Assembly (NCBI GenBank): GCA_051294905.1
Contig: CM119371.1
Span: 28,770,001 to 28,834,000 of the forward strand
DNA length: 64,000 nucleotides
Direction: 5' to 3'
Source of the DNA: Botryllus schlosseri
Lineage: Eukaryota
Positions within the stretch are counted from its first letter, which is position 1, and the number at the start of each line of letters is the position of its first letter. The position numbers and the translations under genes were made by a program. Below the pieces are notes generated by a model. That model did not search any database and was not told the origin of the DNA. It saw only the letters and a program-made list of their open reading frames with translations. This document shows, piece by piece, positions 37,383 through 51,700 of the stretch.

Positions 37383-39395
37383 TAGAGCGAAGGCTGCTAC
37401 AAGATTTCTCGCCATAATAACATGGATAAAGAGAACAAACAACACCCTGCATGTAACCAACTTAGTCACGGAGATCACAGAATACCAATGGTCGCCATAC
37501 TGATCTGATTAGATAGCTATGTACCCTACCCAACGCAAGCTAGGACCTTTTGATGTATTACTATTCCCCATGACAGTTTCACAGATTGTTGCCTCCGTAG
37601 GATTACCAAGTCACCGTTCCGAGTCGCAAGTCCTTCTCTGATTTTAACGTTCAACCCGACTTAACCGGACCTGGAGTCATTTCTAAATCACCCAGTCAAT
37701 CCGAAATAGAGTAGTAATTTTACGAAAAGGTCACACCAAACCAAATCACAATTTTCAGTCACGAATTATCATCATGAACTAGAAATGTGACGTAATATTT
37801 TATCTTCTACAGCATGGTAGCTTTTAAAAGTGATGTGATAGTGAAGTTTGTTGAGATTTCAGCGATTTTTATAGTATTTTTAGCATGAAATTTAAGTTCT
37901 TATATCTAAAAAAGATATATTACCCTTGAATATATTGTTGAATACTTGAAATTCCAAAATGCCGCCGCGTGTTTGAGACCTCTGGTGTATGGTAACCAGT
38001 GGTGGCTTTTGGGGTGGGCGAGGTGGGCGGTCGCCCGGGCCCCCCCTGGTCGAAGGCCCCCCCCTCTTTGGATTTTGTGCTTTTTTCAAGGAGAATGACG
38101 AATAAACATGGATATCCGTGTACCAAGCAAGAATATGATTCCGTACAGATGTTTCAATCATCATCAAATCACTGCATTTGTTAGAAAAGTCCCGTATCCC
38201 GATAATAATCACGTCTCTGCATGCGGTAGAATTACTTAGTTTTGATGAAGTCTATCCTTGCACACATGCAAAACAGACATGACTGAATCCAGGACCTGGG
38301 CAAACCTCTTGCGGCGGTGAAAGATAGATAATAATAAGCGATGCGGAAGGGGGGTCTGGTGGGCTCCGCCCCCCAGAAGTTACGGATAGATACTTATAGG
38401 GGGGGCCCCGGTAAGTCTCGCCCAGCCCCCCCCCCCCGTTCGTAGGGCCACCACTGATGGTAACCCTAGATTACTGCTCGGGGCAGATCTTCGATTCATT
38501 TAAAAGTGTTAGACCTTGGAATCCACAACTATTCGGTTGATCGGGCCAATTTAATAAAACCAAATTTGCCATTAGTCCGTTTTGTTTCGTGTCTGCGTTT
38601 CATTTACATTTGCCTAGCTACTATCCTAGTACCGAATAGTTCAAAGTTTGGTGTTGCCATTGTTACAATGGAAATTTTATGGTCTGTGATTTTGGACTGT
38701 TACGTCATACTTTGCCTAATTGATTTACTTTTTAATTCTGTTTAAATCCTATAGTGTGGCGCTGTGCCCGCCAACTCTTCATCAGAGGCACCAAATTGTC
38801 TGCATTGAGCTCAGTCGACTGTATTTGTTGAATCGTGTTACTATCGAAATAACTGTATAATACAGTGGTTCTCAATCTTTACTAACCTAGTTACCTAGGG
38901 AATAATTACGGTATTCTACAAGTGTAAGCCTCCGGGAACCCCAAATTTTCGTACAGTCATAAGAATAAATTCAACCACAGCATACATCGTATGAATTGTA
39001 CATTAATGGTTCACAAACCTAGCACCAACAGAGGGCTAAAAGAAAAGAAAAATAATGATTTTCCAGCAAACGTCAACATTATAATGAATATCTGTTGCAA
39101 ATTAATGGTATACACTTCTGTTGTTCACTTTCAGATACCAATTTAGAAATGCCAGATTCCACCTTGGAATGTGTCATCGGATTACCAATATTACTAACAG
39201 CATACTACCAATTCCCTAAATACAAATGAGCTTGTTAGGAATATTTGAGGTCGAATTGGCATTTAGAAGGACGGGGTGTTGAATAACTGTCTGCAACGAA
39301 TGATGGCCATGGTATCATCACAAATCATACGTATGAGCTGATCGGGTGTTGTCTTATAGTGTTTGTCTCCACGGAACCCCTGAGACTGGCTCAGG

Positions 39396-40639
39396 CAGCA
39401 CCGTAACTGCCGCACCCCAAACCCCCCAATTGGGGGGGGCCCGAGTTCGAAGGGGGCCCAAAATTTTTTCGCGCTGCGCGCGAATTCTTGTACCGCTTTT
39501 TCTATTTTATTGGGTATTGGGCCATTACCCACGACCGCGCCACGACCCACCATGACATACAATCAAGTTTTAGGCCATATAACATGCGACTCCAAGAAGT
39601 GTGCCAGAACGATCGGCAGCGAGAATAGCTTGGCCAAAAAGGTCTATGCCCTTATACAGACTGAAGACTTCGTTATATAGGCTATACAAAATGCATATAT
39701 GTTTAATTGTCCATAGGCGCCTAAATGACTGGCGCCGAATGTTCCTGTCTTTGCAATCTGAACCTCACAAGACAAATACCATCCGGCTGGGAAAAATTTT
39801 ATGCCAGTGAAGAAATACCAATTTGAAATCGTGTCCGTCTCTTAGTTTAGAAGCCTATTTGGGCGATTCTATATTTTTTGATATAGCAGACTGGAAGTCA
39901 CGAAATAACATCATGTAACGAAGTCATATCAACAGGTCCGCCCGCCCGAAGATGTTTAATCATTCTTTACGGGCCCTCCCGTTTTCCAGACACTTCACTC
40001 AGCTTTACCGGTAAATCTAATTACGTGAGTAGAGAGGACAATAAATTGATAGCATAATATATATGCAATCGCCGATCTGACTGACCGATTTTATCATAAA
40101 TTATCGAAAATTTTCGCGCTTCGCGCTGGTTCACAACGCAGTACAGAAAATTTCCTGACAAACGCGAACAACGTGATGGGGGGGGGGGGTCGTTTTATCA
40201 CCCTGTGAGAGCCCAAGACCCCCGTTTTGGGGGGGCTGACGAGGTACTGTTTCGTTCCTGCCAACGGGTATATACGCCCGAAAAGATGTTTAATTATTAT
40301 TGAGTGGTCCTACATTTTCAAACACACCTCAATCAGCTTTACTGGCAAATCTGGTTACGTGAGCAGAGAGAAGATAAAAATTGATAACAATATATGCAAT
40401 TCCCGATCATACTGACCGATGGAATCATGAATTCTAGAAATTTTCCGCGCTCCGCGCGCTTAAGGGACAGAAGCTGATTGACCAAAAAAGTCCCAATGAA
40501 CACGATGAATAGTGGTAAACAGTGTATCGGCGGAGGGGGGTCTGGGGGGCGAAGCCCCCCAGAAGTTAGGTCTATAACCCTATGGGGGGCCCAAGACCAA
40601 AGTTTTGGGGGGGGCTGACGAAGTGCTGTTACGGCCCTG
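39396..40639 (-). mobile_element. hAT-type MITE, inverted sibling of 17145-18458
   Basis: Ends cagcaccgtaac and gttacggccctg. Perfect TSD ggctcagg at 39388-39395 and 40640-40647. Confidence 0.85.
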
Positions 40640-41982
40640 GGCTCAGGGAACACCAGATAAGAAACACTGGTCTAAACACAACAGCGTGCGACGAATTGGT
40701 GAAATTGGAAGCGAGGTAACAAATATTGGAAAAAGAATCAGCATTTTAAAATAACGGGGTTCCAATTTTCAACCCAAACTTCATGTGTACGGCACTGCAC
40801 ACGATGTGACACCAGGGCATTCACCAGTCGACAAATGATCGAGTCTAATTGCCTGCAACTGACAATAGCGTGTATTCGAAAATCTTGACCTTCGGCGGAA
40901 ACCGTCAGACTGGCCCACTGAACCTCTAGTGTTCCATGGCTACGAAGTTCTTAGTAAGGACCACTATTATAGTCGCTTTATTACATGCTGTGTTTTCCTG
41001 CCCTCACATTAGGATTGACCTCGGGATTGCACTGGGAATCAGATTGCAAGGACATTTCTATATTTATATAAAAAGAATCAGTTCGCCCTGACAGGCGCGA
41101 AACTTGGAGTCAAATAAAGATGAATCAAAATCTGTCAAATATTCGGAAGTCAATTCGTTTCATAAGTTAAAATTGCACGTTGACGACCGCATAATGGTCC
41201 TTCCGCCGCCGCAGGTTGGCCACCCCTGCTGTAGACGGATCCAGGGTATATGTCCTATGCTATAGTATGGTGCAGTTGTTCTCAGGACCGTAACAGCACT
41301 TCGTCAGCCCCCCAAAAAAACGTTGGTCTTGGGCCCCCATATGGTAATTAAACAATCTTCTGGGGCGGTTTGCCCCCAGACCCGCCACATGTCTCTCCGT
41401 TTTTGCACCGACATTTGTTATTCTGTTTGTATGGTGCAGAACAACGCGCGAAGCCCGAAAAAATTGTCGAATTCATGATTCAATCGGCCAATATCATCGG
41501 AAAATTGCATATATATTGCTATCAAATTTTATCCTCTCTCTGTCCACGCAATCAGATTTACCGGTAGAGCTCAATGAGGTGTCTCGAAAAATGTAGGGCC
41601 CGTAAACAAAAATTAAACATATTCCGGCGGACCCGTCGGAAAGGTATAGTGACATGGTTACATGATGTTATTTCGTGACCTCAAGTCCAAGTTCAAGTTT
41701 ATTCATAAAATATAAAATTTCATCTTTTCAAAACATCACAAGACTGCAATACAACGTATGGAAGGAAGATGCCGGAACGACTAGGAGTAGTATTTGGAGA
41801 TCAGATCTCCTGTCTGCTATGTCAAAAGACATCGCAATCGCCCAAACGTACTAAACTAAAAGACGCACACAATTTCAAATTGGTATTTCTGCACGGGAAA
41901 ATAATTTTTGTCTGCGGAATGGTATTTGTCTCGTGGGGTTCAGATTGCCAAGACAGGAACATTCGGCGGCAGCCATTTAGGC

Positions 41983-43370
41983 GGTTCCATACCAATGCCG
42001 AGAAAACCATGACCGAGAATGTAAATTACCGAGAATTTACTTCACCGAGAATGGCTATTACCGAGAATGGACAAGATCGAGAATGGCCATTACCGAGAAT
42101 AGACCAGTGTTGGGATGACTCGAGTCACCTTTTTCGTATGACTTGACTTGACTCGAGACGCTTGGCTAAAATGACTTGACTTGACTTGACTCGGCGTATC
42201 AGAAATGTGGATTGACTCGTGACTCGAAGCAAAATTCACGAGTCAATTTCAAGTCATCAAGTAATCGGTGTCGATAAAATTCAGTGTATCTTGCATATGG
42301 TCGGATTGTTCTCGAAATGCTGGTGTAACCTGTTAGAGCGACCAATCATTCAATGATCGTGCGTTTTACTGAGCCTCCATTGTTCTCTCACACATAAATT
42401 GACCGCAAACGAAGTGATCCAAACTTACAGCATACGTTATCGTAAACTAGTATAGTAAAATAATTCAATAAAATAATGTCTATTTCTATTCTCTGTTCTT
42501 ACCTTAACTAAACCTCTTGTTTTATTGAAATCGAATTCGAATATAGCTTCTCCTCAACCATTGGCGCCCCCTCGAATTGTATCATATCAATTTGTAAATG
42601 GGTAATGTTACATGTAGTACATCTTATCAATTCGTTTCTCTATTCTCTATTTTGGTCGGTAACTATAAACTGTGCAATTACTTCCGTAGTTCAGCAGTGC
42701 TATACGTATATGTGAGCGAAACAGCGCCTTCTTGCATGTATATTTAACTATATATTCGTTCATTGGTTCAGACTCAATGACCACTAAATCTGTAATTCAG
42801 ACAGCTAGCAAAATGCAATGACGTAATCATGCCTCATGCTTCAAAAAGGCAACTTGACTTGAATTGTGACTTGACTCGTGACTTGACTTGACTTGACTCG
42901 ACTTGACTCGAGTCACCTCCAAAAATCGAGTGACTTGACTTGACTCGAGTCACCTTCGAAAATCGAATGACTTGACTTGACTCGAGTCAAAATGTGCAAT
43001 GACTCGAAATGAATCGTGACTCGAAGGTAGTGACTTGATCCCAACACTGGAATAGACACCATCGAGAATGGATATTACCGAGAATGGACAATGCCAAGAA
43101 TCTAACTTATTGGGACGGACGATGTCGGGATTGATACCCGAAAATCGACATAGAATGTGGCAACGCCGTGATGCACATACGCACGACCTGTACATATGCA
43201 TAACATGACTGCATTGCATATATTGCATTCTCGGCAATGTTCATTCTCGGTGGTGTCCATTCTCGGTAATGTCCATTTTTTGTGATGTCCATTCTCGGTA
43301 ATGTCCATTCTCGGTGGTGTCCATTCTCGGTAATGACATTCTCGGTAATGTTTTTTACGGTATTGACCGG
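41983..43370. mobile_element. Foldback-like MITE whose arms are 20-bp ccgagaatggac tandem repeats
   Basis: Direct-orientation units at 41995-42100 and 43050-43100, inverted units at 43225-43350. It sits inside a cagg.ccgtaac-family copy. Confidence 0.6.
42105..43049 (+). mobile_element. hAT-type MITE with gactt/gactc arrays
   Basis: TIR cagtgttgggat / atcccaacactg. Perfect TSD gaatagac at 42097-42104 and 43050-43057. Confidence 0.9.
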
Positions 43371-44697
43371 ACACCCATTGAGGCGCCTATGGACAATAAA
43401 GATATATATCGAATTTTCGGTCAGCATGAGAAGGGCAGTCCTTTTAGGCCAAGGTTTTCTCGCTGCCGATCGTTCTGGCACATTTTTCGAAGTGGCATTT
43501 TACATGGCCTGAAGCTTCATATGTTTTGGTGCGTCGTGGCGCGGTAATGGCCGACGCGGAAATGCTCATTTCTATAAATCATGCGTATATTTTCTTGGAC
43601 GAAGGGTACGCTTTTAAATCGTGCCAGCGCGAAAAATTAAAAAAAATGGCATATAATTTATGTTAATTTGCAAAATAAATTTGAATTTGTAAACAATTAG
43701 GACAATATTTTGACCTAACGCTGCAATTTTGACAAAATTTTTCCTTTTTCGCAATGTCAAAAAAAAAAACGCCTTCGTGATGACGCAACCCATAGGTAGA
43801 ATCTTCAAAAAAATATTTAGATATCGTGACTGAGGGCTAATTTCATCCGTTTCTTCTGACAATTCAACTCATAAAAGCAATACAATCTTATCCTTAAAAC
43901 TACTTTTTACTTTTGAAAACTCAAACTGTAAATGTAAGAAGTACTGCAAAAAAACTGCCTCAAGTTGGCAAAATCTACTTGAGTACATAAAGGGGAAGCA
44001 CTCAAACTATATAGTATCTGAAGAACGTCAAGCGATAAAATATAATAACCCTGTATTCGGATGCAGCGTTCCAAAATTAGGTAGAAATGACTCAAGCTCA
44101 AGCAGGCACTACAATCGAGTCGAACAGTGTGCAATTATGTGATTCATATGAGTTTAATAGGTGGAGCCAAGACGTAAAATATCAACATCGCAGTTGTCCG
44201 CCCACATCGAACATCCACCATGTCAGAATTTGATAAAATGCAGCTATTCAGTTCAGGATTCACGTCTAGTCTACCTGTCTTCACCTAGTAAAACATCGGG
44301 ACTTTTCACACACGCCATACTTGATAAATTCTTAAAAACTTTGAGAACAAAATTTGCTCTGATTTGCAATTTGCTCAAATTTGCAATGAAAAATGAGAAA
44401 ATATTCATATTCTTGAAATTCATGAGTATTAATGGAGTAAACTTTGGGAGGCGTGTCTGAGTAAATGCTGTCACATATACATCACATTTTCGATTACATT
44501 GTGCCTATCGATGAAGCTTCATGGCACTCTTCCAAGTAAATATTTTTCACACATATTACATTCATGAGTTTTTGATGATATATGCCACACTTATGACTCT
44601 TGACGCCCTCGTGTATAATATATCCATATTAAGCTTGACCTTTCCACAAATTTTCCATTGATGGATTTTACGCCAGCATGCATATCTACATGACATT

Positions 44698-45909
44698 TCA
44701 GGTTATCCTTTTGATGCCAGCATGTATATCCATATGACGTTTGAGGGTACTGTTCAGAGTAAATTCTTTCCCACATACATCACATCCATGATTTTTGACG
44801 TCAGCATGCATATTCATATGACGTCTGAGGTTGCTCTTCCAAGTAAATGCACTCCCACATAAATCGCATTCATAATGTTTGATGCCAGCATGCATATGCA
44901 TATGAGCTTTGAACTCCTTCTTCGTAGTAAATTTTTTTCCACAAATGTCACATCCATGATTTTTGATGCCGGCATGCATATCCATATGACGCCTGTGGTC
45001 AGACTTTTGACCAAATGACTTCCCGCATATATCACACTTATGACTTTTGATACCAGCATGTATATCCATATGACAGTCCAAAAATGTTTTGCGAGTAAAT
45101 TCTTTCCCACAAATATCACATTTATGATTTTTGATGCCAGTGTGTACAATCATATGAGCCTTAAGATTACTCTTTTTAGAAAATTCCTTCGCACATATAA
45201 CACACTTATGGATTATTATTCCAACATGCATATTCATATGGCATCTGAGGGTGGTCTTACGAGTAAATTTTTTTCCACATATATCGCATTTATAATGTTT
45301 GATGCCAGCATGCATAAGCATATGACCGTTCAGCTCATTCTTCGTAGTAAATTGTTTTCCACAAATAACACATCCATGATTTTTGATGCCGGCATGCACA
45401 TCCATATGACGCCTGTGGTCGGACTTTTGACCAAATGACTTCCCGCATATATCACACTTATGACTTTTGATGCCAGCATGTAAATCCAAATGACGCTCCA
45501 AAAATCTTTTCTGAGTATATTCTTTCCCACATATATCACACTTATGTATTTTTATTTCAAAATGCATATTCATATGACATCTGAAGTTTTTCTTCCAAGT
45601 AAATGTTTTCCCACATACATCGCATTTATGATGTTTGATGCCAGCATGCATAAGCATATGACCCTTCAGCTCATTTTGCCTGGTAAATTTTTTTCCACAA
45701 GTGTCACAGCCATGATTTTTGATACCGGCATGCATATCCATATGACGCTTGTGCCCAGACTTTCGACTAAATGATTTCCCACATATATCACACTTATGAC
45801 TTGTGATGCCAGCATGTAAATCCATATGACGCTCCAAAAATCTTTTCTTGGTAAATTCCTTCCCACATATATCACATTCATGATCTTTTACATCTGCATG
45901 TACATCCAT
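44698..45909 (-). CDS. Array of 14 C2H2 zinc fingers, possibly a pseudogene
   Basis: 403-aa ORF of 28-aa CX2CX12HX3H units with HAGIK(N/S/H)H linkers. A decayed finger with a stop lies upstream and frameshifted fingers continue downstream to ~44470. Confidence 0.85.
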   Translation of the reverse strand: MDVHADVKDHECDICGKEFTKKRFLERHMDLHAGITSHKCDICGKSFSRKSGHKRHMDMHAGIKNHGCDTCGKKFTRQNELKGHMLMHAGIKHHKCDVCGKTFTWKKNFRCHMNMHFEIKIHKCDICGKEYTQKRFLERHLDLHAGIKSHKCDICGKSFGQKSDHRRHMDVHAGIKNHGCVICGKQFTTKNELNGHMLMHAGIKHYKCDICGKKFTRKTTLRCHMNMHVGIIIHKCVICAKEFSKKSNLKAHMIVHTGIKNHKCDICGKEFTRKTFLDCHMDIHAGIKSHKCDICGKSFGQKSDHRRHMDMHAGIKNHGCDICGKKFTTKKEFKAHMHMHAGIKHYECDLCGSAFTWKSNLRRHMNMHADVKNHGCDVCGKEFTLNSTLKRHMDIHAGIKRIT

Positions 45910-47807
45910 ATGAAGCTTGAGGTTACCGTTTTGAGAGATCTATTCGCCAGAAATATCGGATTGACGATGAATACTCGACTCTATGCAATTTTTTTTTTGT
46001 GAAATTGATCATCACAGGACACTATCACAGAACTCTTATCATTTATGACAATAGTGATAATATTAGGAACTAAATTAAAGAAAGAGCATCATTAGATTGT
46101 AGACCGGGAGTATCAAACTCAACCGCCGGTCCGCGACTAATTTTCTGGCGGTTCGTCAGGTATTTTAAAATTATATACCTTAATTTTAAGATGCAAAATG
46201 TGAAGGCTTGTCATTTGATCAAATAAATAAAACATCACCATCAACATATTCAGAACTTGGTGATGTAATATTAACAAAGGTGGTCAAAGTAGTCAAGAAA
46301 GCTGCTCAAGTAGGAGTAGAAGTAGCGACGAAAAAATCTACCCAAGTATGAGTAGAAGTACTTCATCCACCTAAAACTACTTGAAGTAGAAGTAGAATTG
46401 ACTGACTTTAAATTGACTCAAGTAAGCAAGTAGTTTTGAAAAAAGTCTTTCGTTCTCATAGAGTGTCAAAAGCTGCAAATTGAGCTATGCGGTAGGTGCA
46501 GAGAGCTGGATTCGTATTGATGCATCCCAGGAGGTAGCAATTTTCGACAGAATAAGCATTCTTTCGCTTTATAAGATGCAAATTATAGTATTGATATGAA
46601 AATACGATACTAACCCTTGGTTTACTATAAGACCCCGTTTTAGAAAATATCATGGCATGGCGCCCTACCCCATATTATAAGGCCCCAAGTTTAGACGAAG
46701 AGCAATACGGATAAGTTGTATCGGATACGGTTTCAACACTTCGAGCGATTAGTTTTAGTATACAAATATTGTGGATCGTAAAATTTATAATTGGTGTAGA
46801 TTTATTTTCGGAAAATAGAGGCATTACTACACTTGCTTTCATGCTTCAACATTGTTCTGCAGACAAAAGAACTGAGAGTAATTAGAACTCAAAGTATGAT
46901 ACTCCGAGTATCATACTCGGAATTGAAAATGAAATACAAATACCACTTCTGAAAAGCGGAAAATATATTTCATGTCTTTTGTCCATAAAGCTTCAAAGGT
47001 GGTTTGCTAAAATAGGTGTAACGTTCCAAAAAGTCAGGTCACGTCATGGGCTGCTAGATAACGATATAATAGGTAATTGCTAGATTGCGAAATGGTAGTT
47101 TCAAACGTTATGGTGGGCCATATTTACTGTGATGAAATATTTGATATGGGAGACAATGCGGTGTGAGCGGAACCATAAACAATCCGGTACCTAAATTATA
47201 TTCACTTTACCTATCGTGAAAACATATTTGTCACTCCATAACTACTGTACGCGAAGCCAAACAAAATTTATGGACTTTACATGACTTTTTCCAGTATTAA
47301 ATGTTGGAACTCCGTGAAAACAGCCCCAAAATTCCTCAGGCTATCTTTCGTATTGGCCATTGGTCGATTAAACTACTTCTACTTGACAAACTGAAAATAG
47401 CGAAAAGTAAATTAAGTAAATCACAAACTATTACGAAGTAGAAGTAGAAGTAAAGAAAATCAGATCTACTTGAGTAAGTACCAGAAGTAGAGGACAACTA
47501 CTTGAATACTTCCAAAAACTAGAAGTACTTCGTTACTAACCACCTCTGAATATTAAGCGTGGAAACATGTTCCATTTAACTTTAAGTTCAAGCCATCTTC
47601 TTTGATGACATTCGAGCTACAAGTACGAGCAGACTCGCTAAACCTCGCAGTTTGCACGATCATTCATTTTCAATTCATTCACTTTGTGGCTAACCCCGTG
47701 TCGCTGTTACCAGGTGTTTTCGTGCGGCGTATTGCATTCCTAGTACGTCTGGTGGTATTGGGGAATGCGCGAGGTAGCACTACAAGTTGCTTTGTGCGGT
47801 GTAGAGA

Positions 47808-48709
47808 CCTACCTTCGAGTCACAAGTCAAGTCGAGTCAATGCACATTCGGACTCAAGTCAAGCCACACGATTTTTTGGGGTGACTCGAGTCAAGTCAAG
47901 TCAAGTCAAGTCACAATTCAAGTCACAAAGTCATGACGAATTTTCGAAGTTCGAGACATGATTCAAGCCATTCCATTTTGCGAGATGATTGAAGTACATA
48001 TTGATTTACTATGAATTATGACTCGATTAACGAATATCGAGGTAATTATACGCCCACATATACGTAGAACTACCAGGTCACGTCGGTAACTGTCCACCAA
48101 ATGATGACAGATTATAAAATCTCAGAAAATGAAACAAATTGATATGATCCAATACACGTTGCACCATCTACCTATATATCCATACGATACAATTGAAGCC
48201 TGTACCAATTGCTGACGAGTAATTTATATGTTTGAACTAATCTATGAGTCCGATTTAAATTTTGCAAGAGGTCTGTTTCGATTGGTACTGACCAGAAAGA
48301 CACTGCTCGGGGCCTACGATATTGAATATCGTAGGCCCTGCACTGCTACTGATAGAATACTACCGGTTTACGACTACGTAAGCTCTAATTAATCACTACG
48401 TTTGCGGTCAATTTATTAGTGACTTGCCGACGGAGGTCGAGTAAAACCAGGTTGCAAAATCGTTGAATGACTGGTTGCTCACATGCCATAGCAGCGTGTC
48501 GAGAGCATGTACCATGTACTGCACATACAGGTACATCGAGTTGGTCGACACCGATTATTTGACGGCTTGAAACTGGGTCGAAAATTTTGCTTCGAGTCAC
48601 GAGTAAATCCACATTTTTGAGACGCCGAGTCAAGTCAATTTATTTTTCAACTGTGACTCGAGTCGAGTCAAATCATCTGAAAAAGTTGACTCGAGTCATC
48701 CCAACACTG
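47808..48709 (-). mobile_element. Diverged inverted copy of the 42105-43049 MITE family
   Basis: Ends gactcgagtcatcccaacactg and carries aagtc arrays. The other end is truncated. Confidence 0.7.
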
Positions 48710-51700
48710 ACTTGGTCCGACTCCGAAACGCTTCATATCTAGATATTGTCGATTATAAGAATGTTATTCGAGTTGGCGTTGTTGGGTAATCCGCGTCCTT
48801 CAAAGCGAAGTAAATAGACTCTCGACGCTAGCACGTTTATCTGGACAAATAATTTTACATCGACTCAGCATACTAACAATCGTAAAATCGTGTAAATATC
48901 ATCATGAACAAAACCCTCAAAACGTCACTCTCTAGAGTACCATACGTGCAAAAAACGGTTTCATACTTTACATTTTGGGTTGATTTCAATTTTTTGAAGG
49001 TCCACCAGTCCGCCAAATATTTTTTGAGATTTTACCTGTCCTGGTCCTACCTTTTCAAACACAACTCACTCGGCTCAACCGGTCAATCTGATTACGTGAG
49101 CAGAGAGAGGATAAAAATTGATACCAATATATATATGCAATTCCCGATTATATTGACCGATTCAATCATGAATTAGGCCTATATATTTTTTTGGCGCTTC
49201 GCGCAATTAGTCGAGAGAAGTTAAAACGGACACCCGATTTAGATGATAAATAGCGGTAAATAGCCATCTAATCCGAGGGGGGAGGCGGCGGGTGGGAGGC
49301 TTGGAAGTTCGGTTTATCACCCTATGTGGGGCCCAAGAGCAACGTTTTGGGGGGCCTGACGAAGTGCTGTTACGGCCCTGGATATTGATAACTAATTTAC
49401 AGATATATGTGCAACAAGTGACTCGCACGATTGAATACGCCGAGATGCGTACTGCTTAGCCGGCAAAAAGAAGCTTAATTGGTAGTCCTGTAGCTCGCGA
49501 CCCAAGCGTCCATAATTTGATATGTTGGTAATTATCGAAAGCAAGTGTGGCACTGATTCCAAAAATACGGATTGAAATCTCGCCAGGGCAATAAAACTAC
49601 TCCGAAATAGCCACCAAAGGTTGATTGTTCTGAACACCGGGAGCGCGTTAACACAATGGCCAATGGCGTCGAGCGAATGATCGAAACAATGCCAATTTTC
49701 ATATTTTGGTGACTATTTTGGGCTCCTTTCATTGCCCTTGTATTCGTGCGGCCTCGACCGTACTCTGAAATTCTGAATTTGGCCCTGCCACCGAAAAATG
49801 TTAGGAACCACTGATTTATAATGTTAAATGGGAGAAATTTCGACCTCAAAAATCCACCTACTGGCTACGCCACTGTTAGTAGTGTGATGACTCGGTGCTA
49901 GCAATGGCTGCACAGAGCGCACAGGCACCATGGAACAGAACACCGGTATCTCAGTTTGCTCAAAACAACGACACGTGCTTTCCATAGTTTATCGGCGACT
50001 GATATTTTTTTTCAAATGTGAAACTAGAAATAGAACTAGAACTACTCGATTTTCAAAATCTGCGACTAGAACAAAAACAAGAACTACTCCTAAAATCGTT
50101 AGTTAGTTGACCTCCAACTAACTAAATGAGTAGTTTGTGCGAGTCTGACCCCAGCACTAGATCGATTTGGAAATCACAATATGGATACTCGCGACCAATG
50201 CATGGTGATTAATTAAAAGATAGAACCTTCTAAAATATATTCTCTTGCTGTGATACAATGGCTATTTCACGCGTTTTTTTTTATGACAAATCCACTCATA
50301 TACCAGTGATGAAAATTTATCACAAACTACTTCCCAAACATTCAACATACAAATTGTACAAGGTGAGTAATTTCGACCGAAAACTGTTCTAGTAGAAGTG
50401 GAAATAGTCTTACAACATAACTAATTGAGAAAGTATAGTCCAAGTGGGAAAAATCCAATTGAGTGCTATGAAAACGAAGGAATACTTCGTTACTGATCAC
50501 TTCTGTAATCAACATACAATCGACACCGCTTAATTCAGACACCGGAAAACCAGGTCAACCGATTTATTCGGCCAAAATGCTCGGAAACAGAACCAAGGGC
50601 GTTGCCAGAAAATATATTTGGGAGGAGCGAAAAATTCGATGACGTAAACGAATACCCCCCCTTAAAGAAAAGAAAAGAATTGGTAAGAACGATGGTCTTG
50701 GGCCCTTATTGGATGATTAACACAACACCTGTGGCGATCGTTATACATATATTCCACTCACAGACATAAAGTGATGTGATAAGATAATGATTGTGGAAAT
50801 ACCTGGCGTCGACACTTTCGCGCGAAGCGCGAAAATTTTCATGGTAAGTGAATGAAATTGGTTCCATATATTGTTACTTGCATATTGCAAATACGTTTTA
50901 ATTATCAGATTTACCGGTAGGGCTGAGATAAGAGGTGTCATCAAACATTAAATGGGCACTTAATTATACATCTTGAACTATATATGTTCAATGTTCATCG
51001 TTCATACCACACGGCACACATTTATGAATATCTAGAGGGTGGGCGCCGGGCGGGACAGTTTACTTCATGGCTTGTGGAGAATGCTGTCACCATTCAAATG
51101 ACCGCTCACGCGCAGGATCGTACCCACGAAGTCAGGAAAACAACTGGGGGTGAGGGGAGGCCAATTTTTAATGAGTTTAGGAGAGTTCCTTCGGGGAAAC
51201 ACCTCGCAGGACCGTACATATCCTTCCATTTCCCAATTTCATCACTACCCTTTTATACATACGATTCTTAGATGCACACACACACATACCCTATGGAAGC
51301 TTCCAGTTGCCAACTATAGCTTACGGACGAGCCCAAATCGCTGACACTAAGTGATGAACAATCAGTGTAAATTTCGGGCCTAGTCGCGCGGAGCGTAAAT
51401 ATTTTTGAATAAATGAAAGAATTTAATCAATAATATTGGTGAGTGTATATGAGCAAGTGGTGTCAATTCTTATTATTTACTTCCTTAGAGCACGGTTATT
51501 TAGTAACCTCTGGTAAAGATTGACGCTACCTCAAAGATTGGAAATTTAAAAAATCCTTTGATGAGACTCGTGCTACTTCAAATTAGCCCTTTTTAATGCG
51601 AGGTGGCGATATTTTCCTGTGTCAAACGCATTTATGTCGAACGGGTCTGATTGCAGGGACAGGATCATCAGGCGCCAGCCATTTAAGCATCCGAAATCTA

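Noticed and set aside
44814..45881. Alternative-frame and antisense ORFs over the zinc-finger array
   Set aside because: These are shadows of the 84-bp periodic coding sequence.
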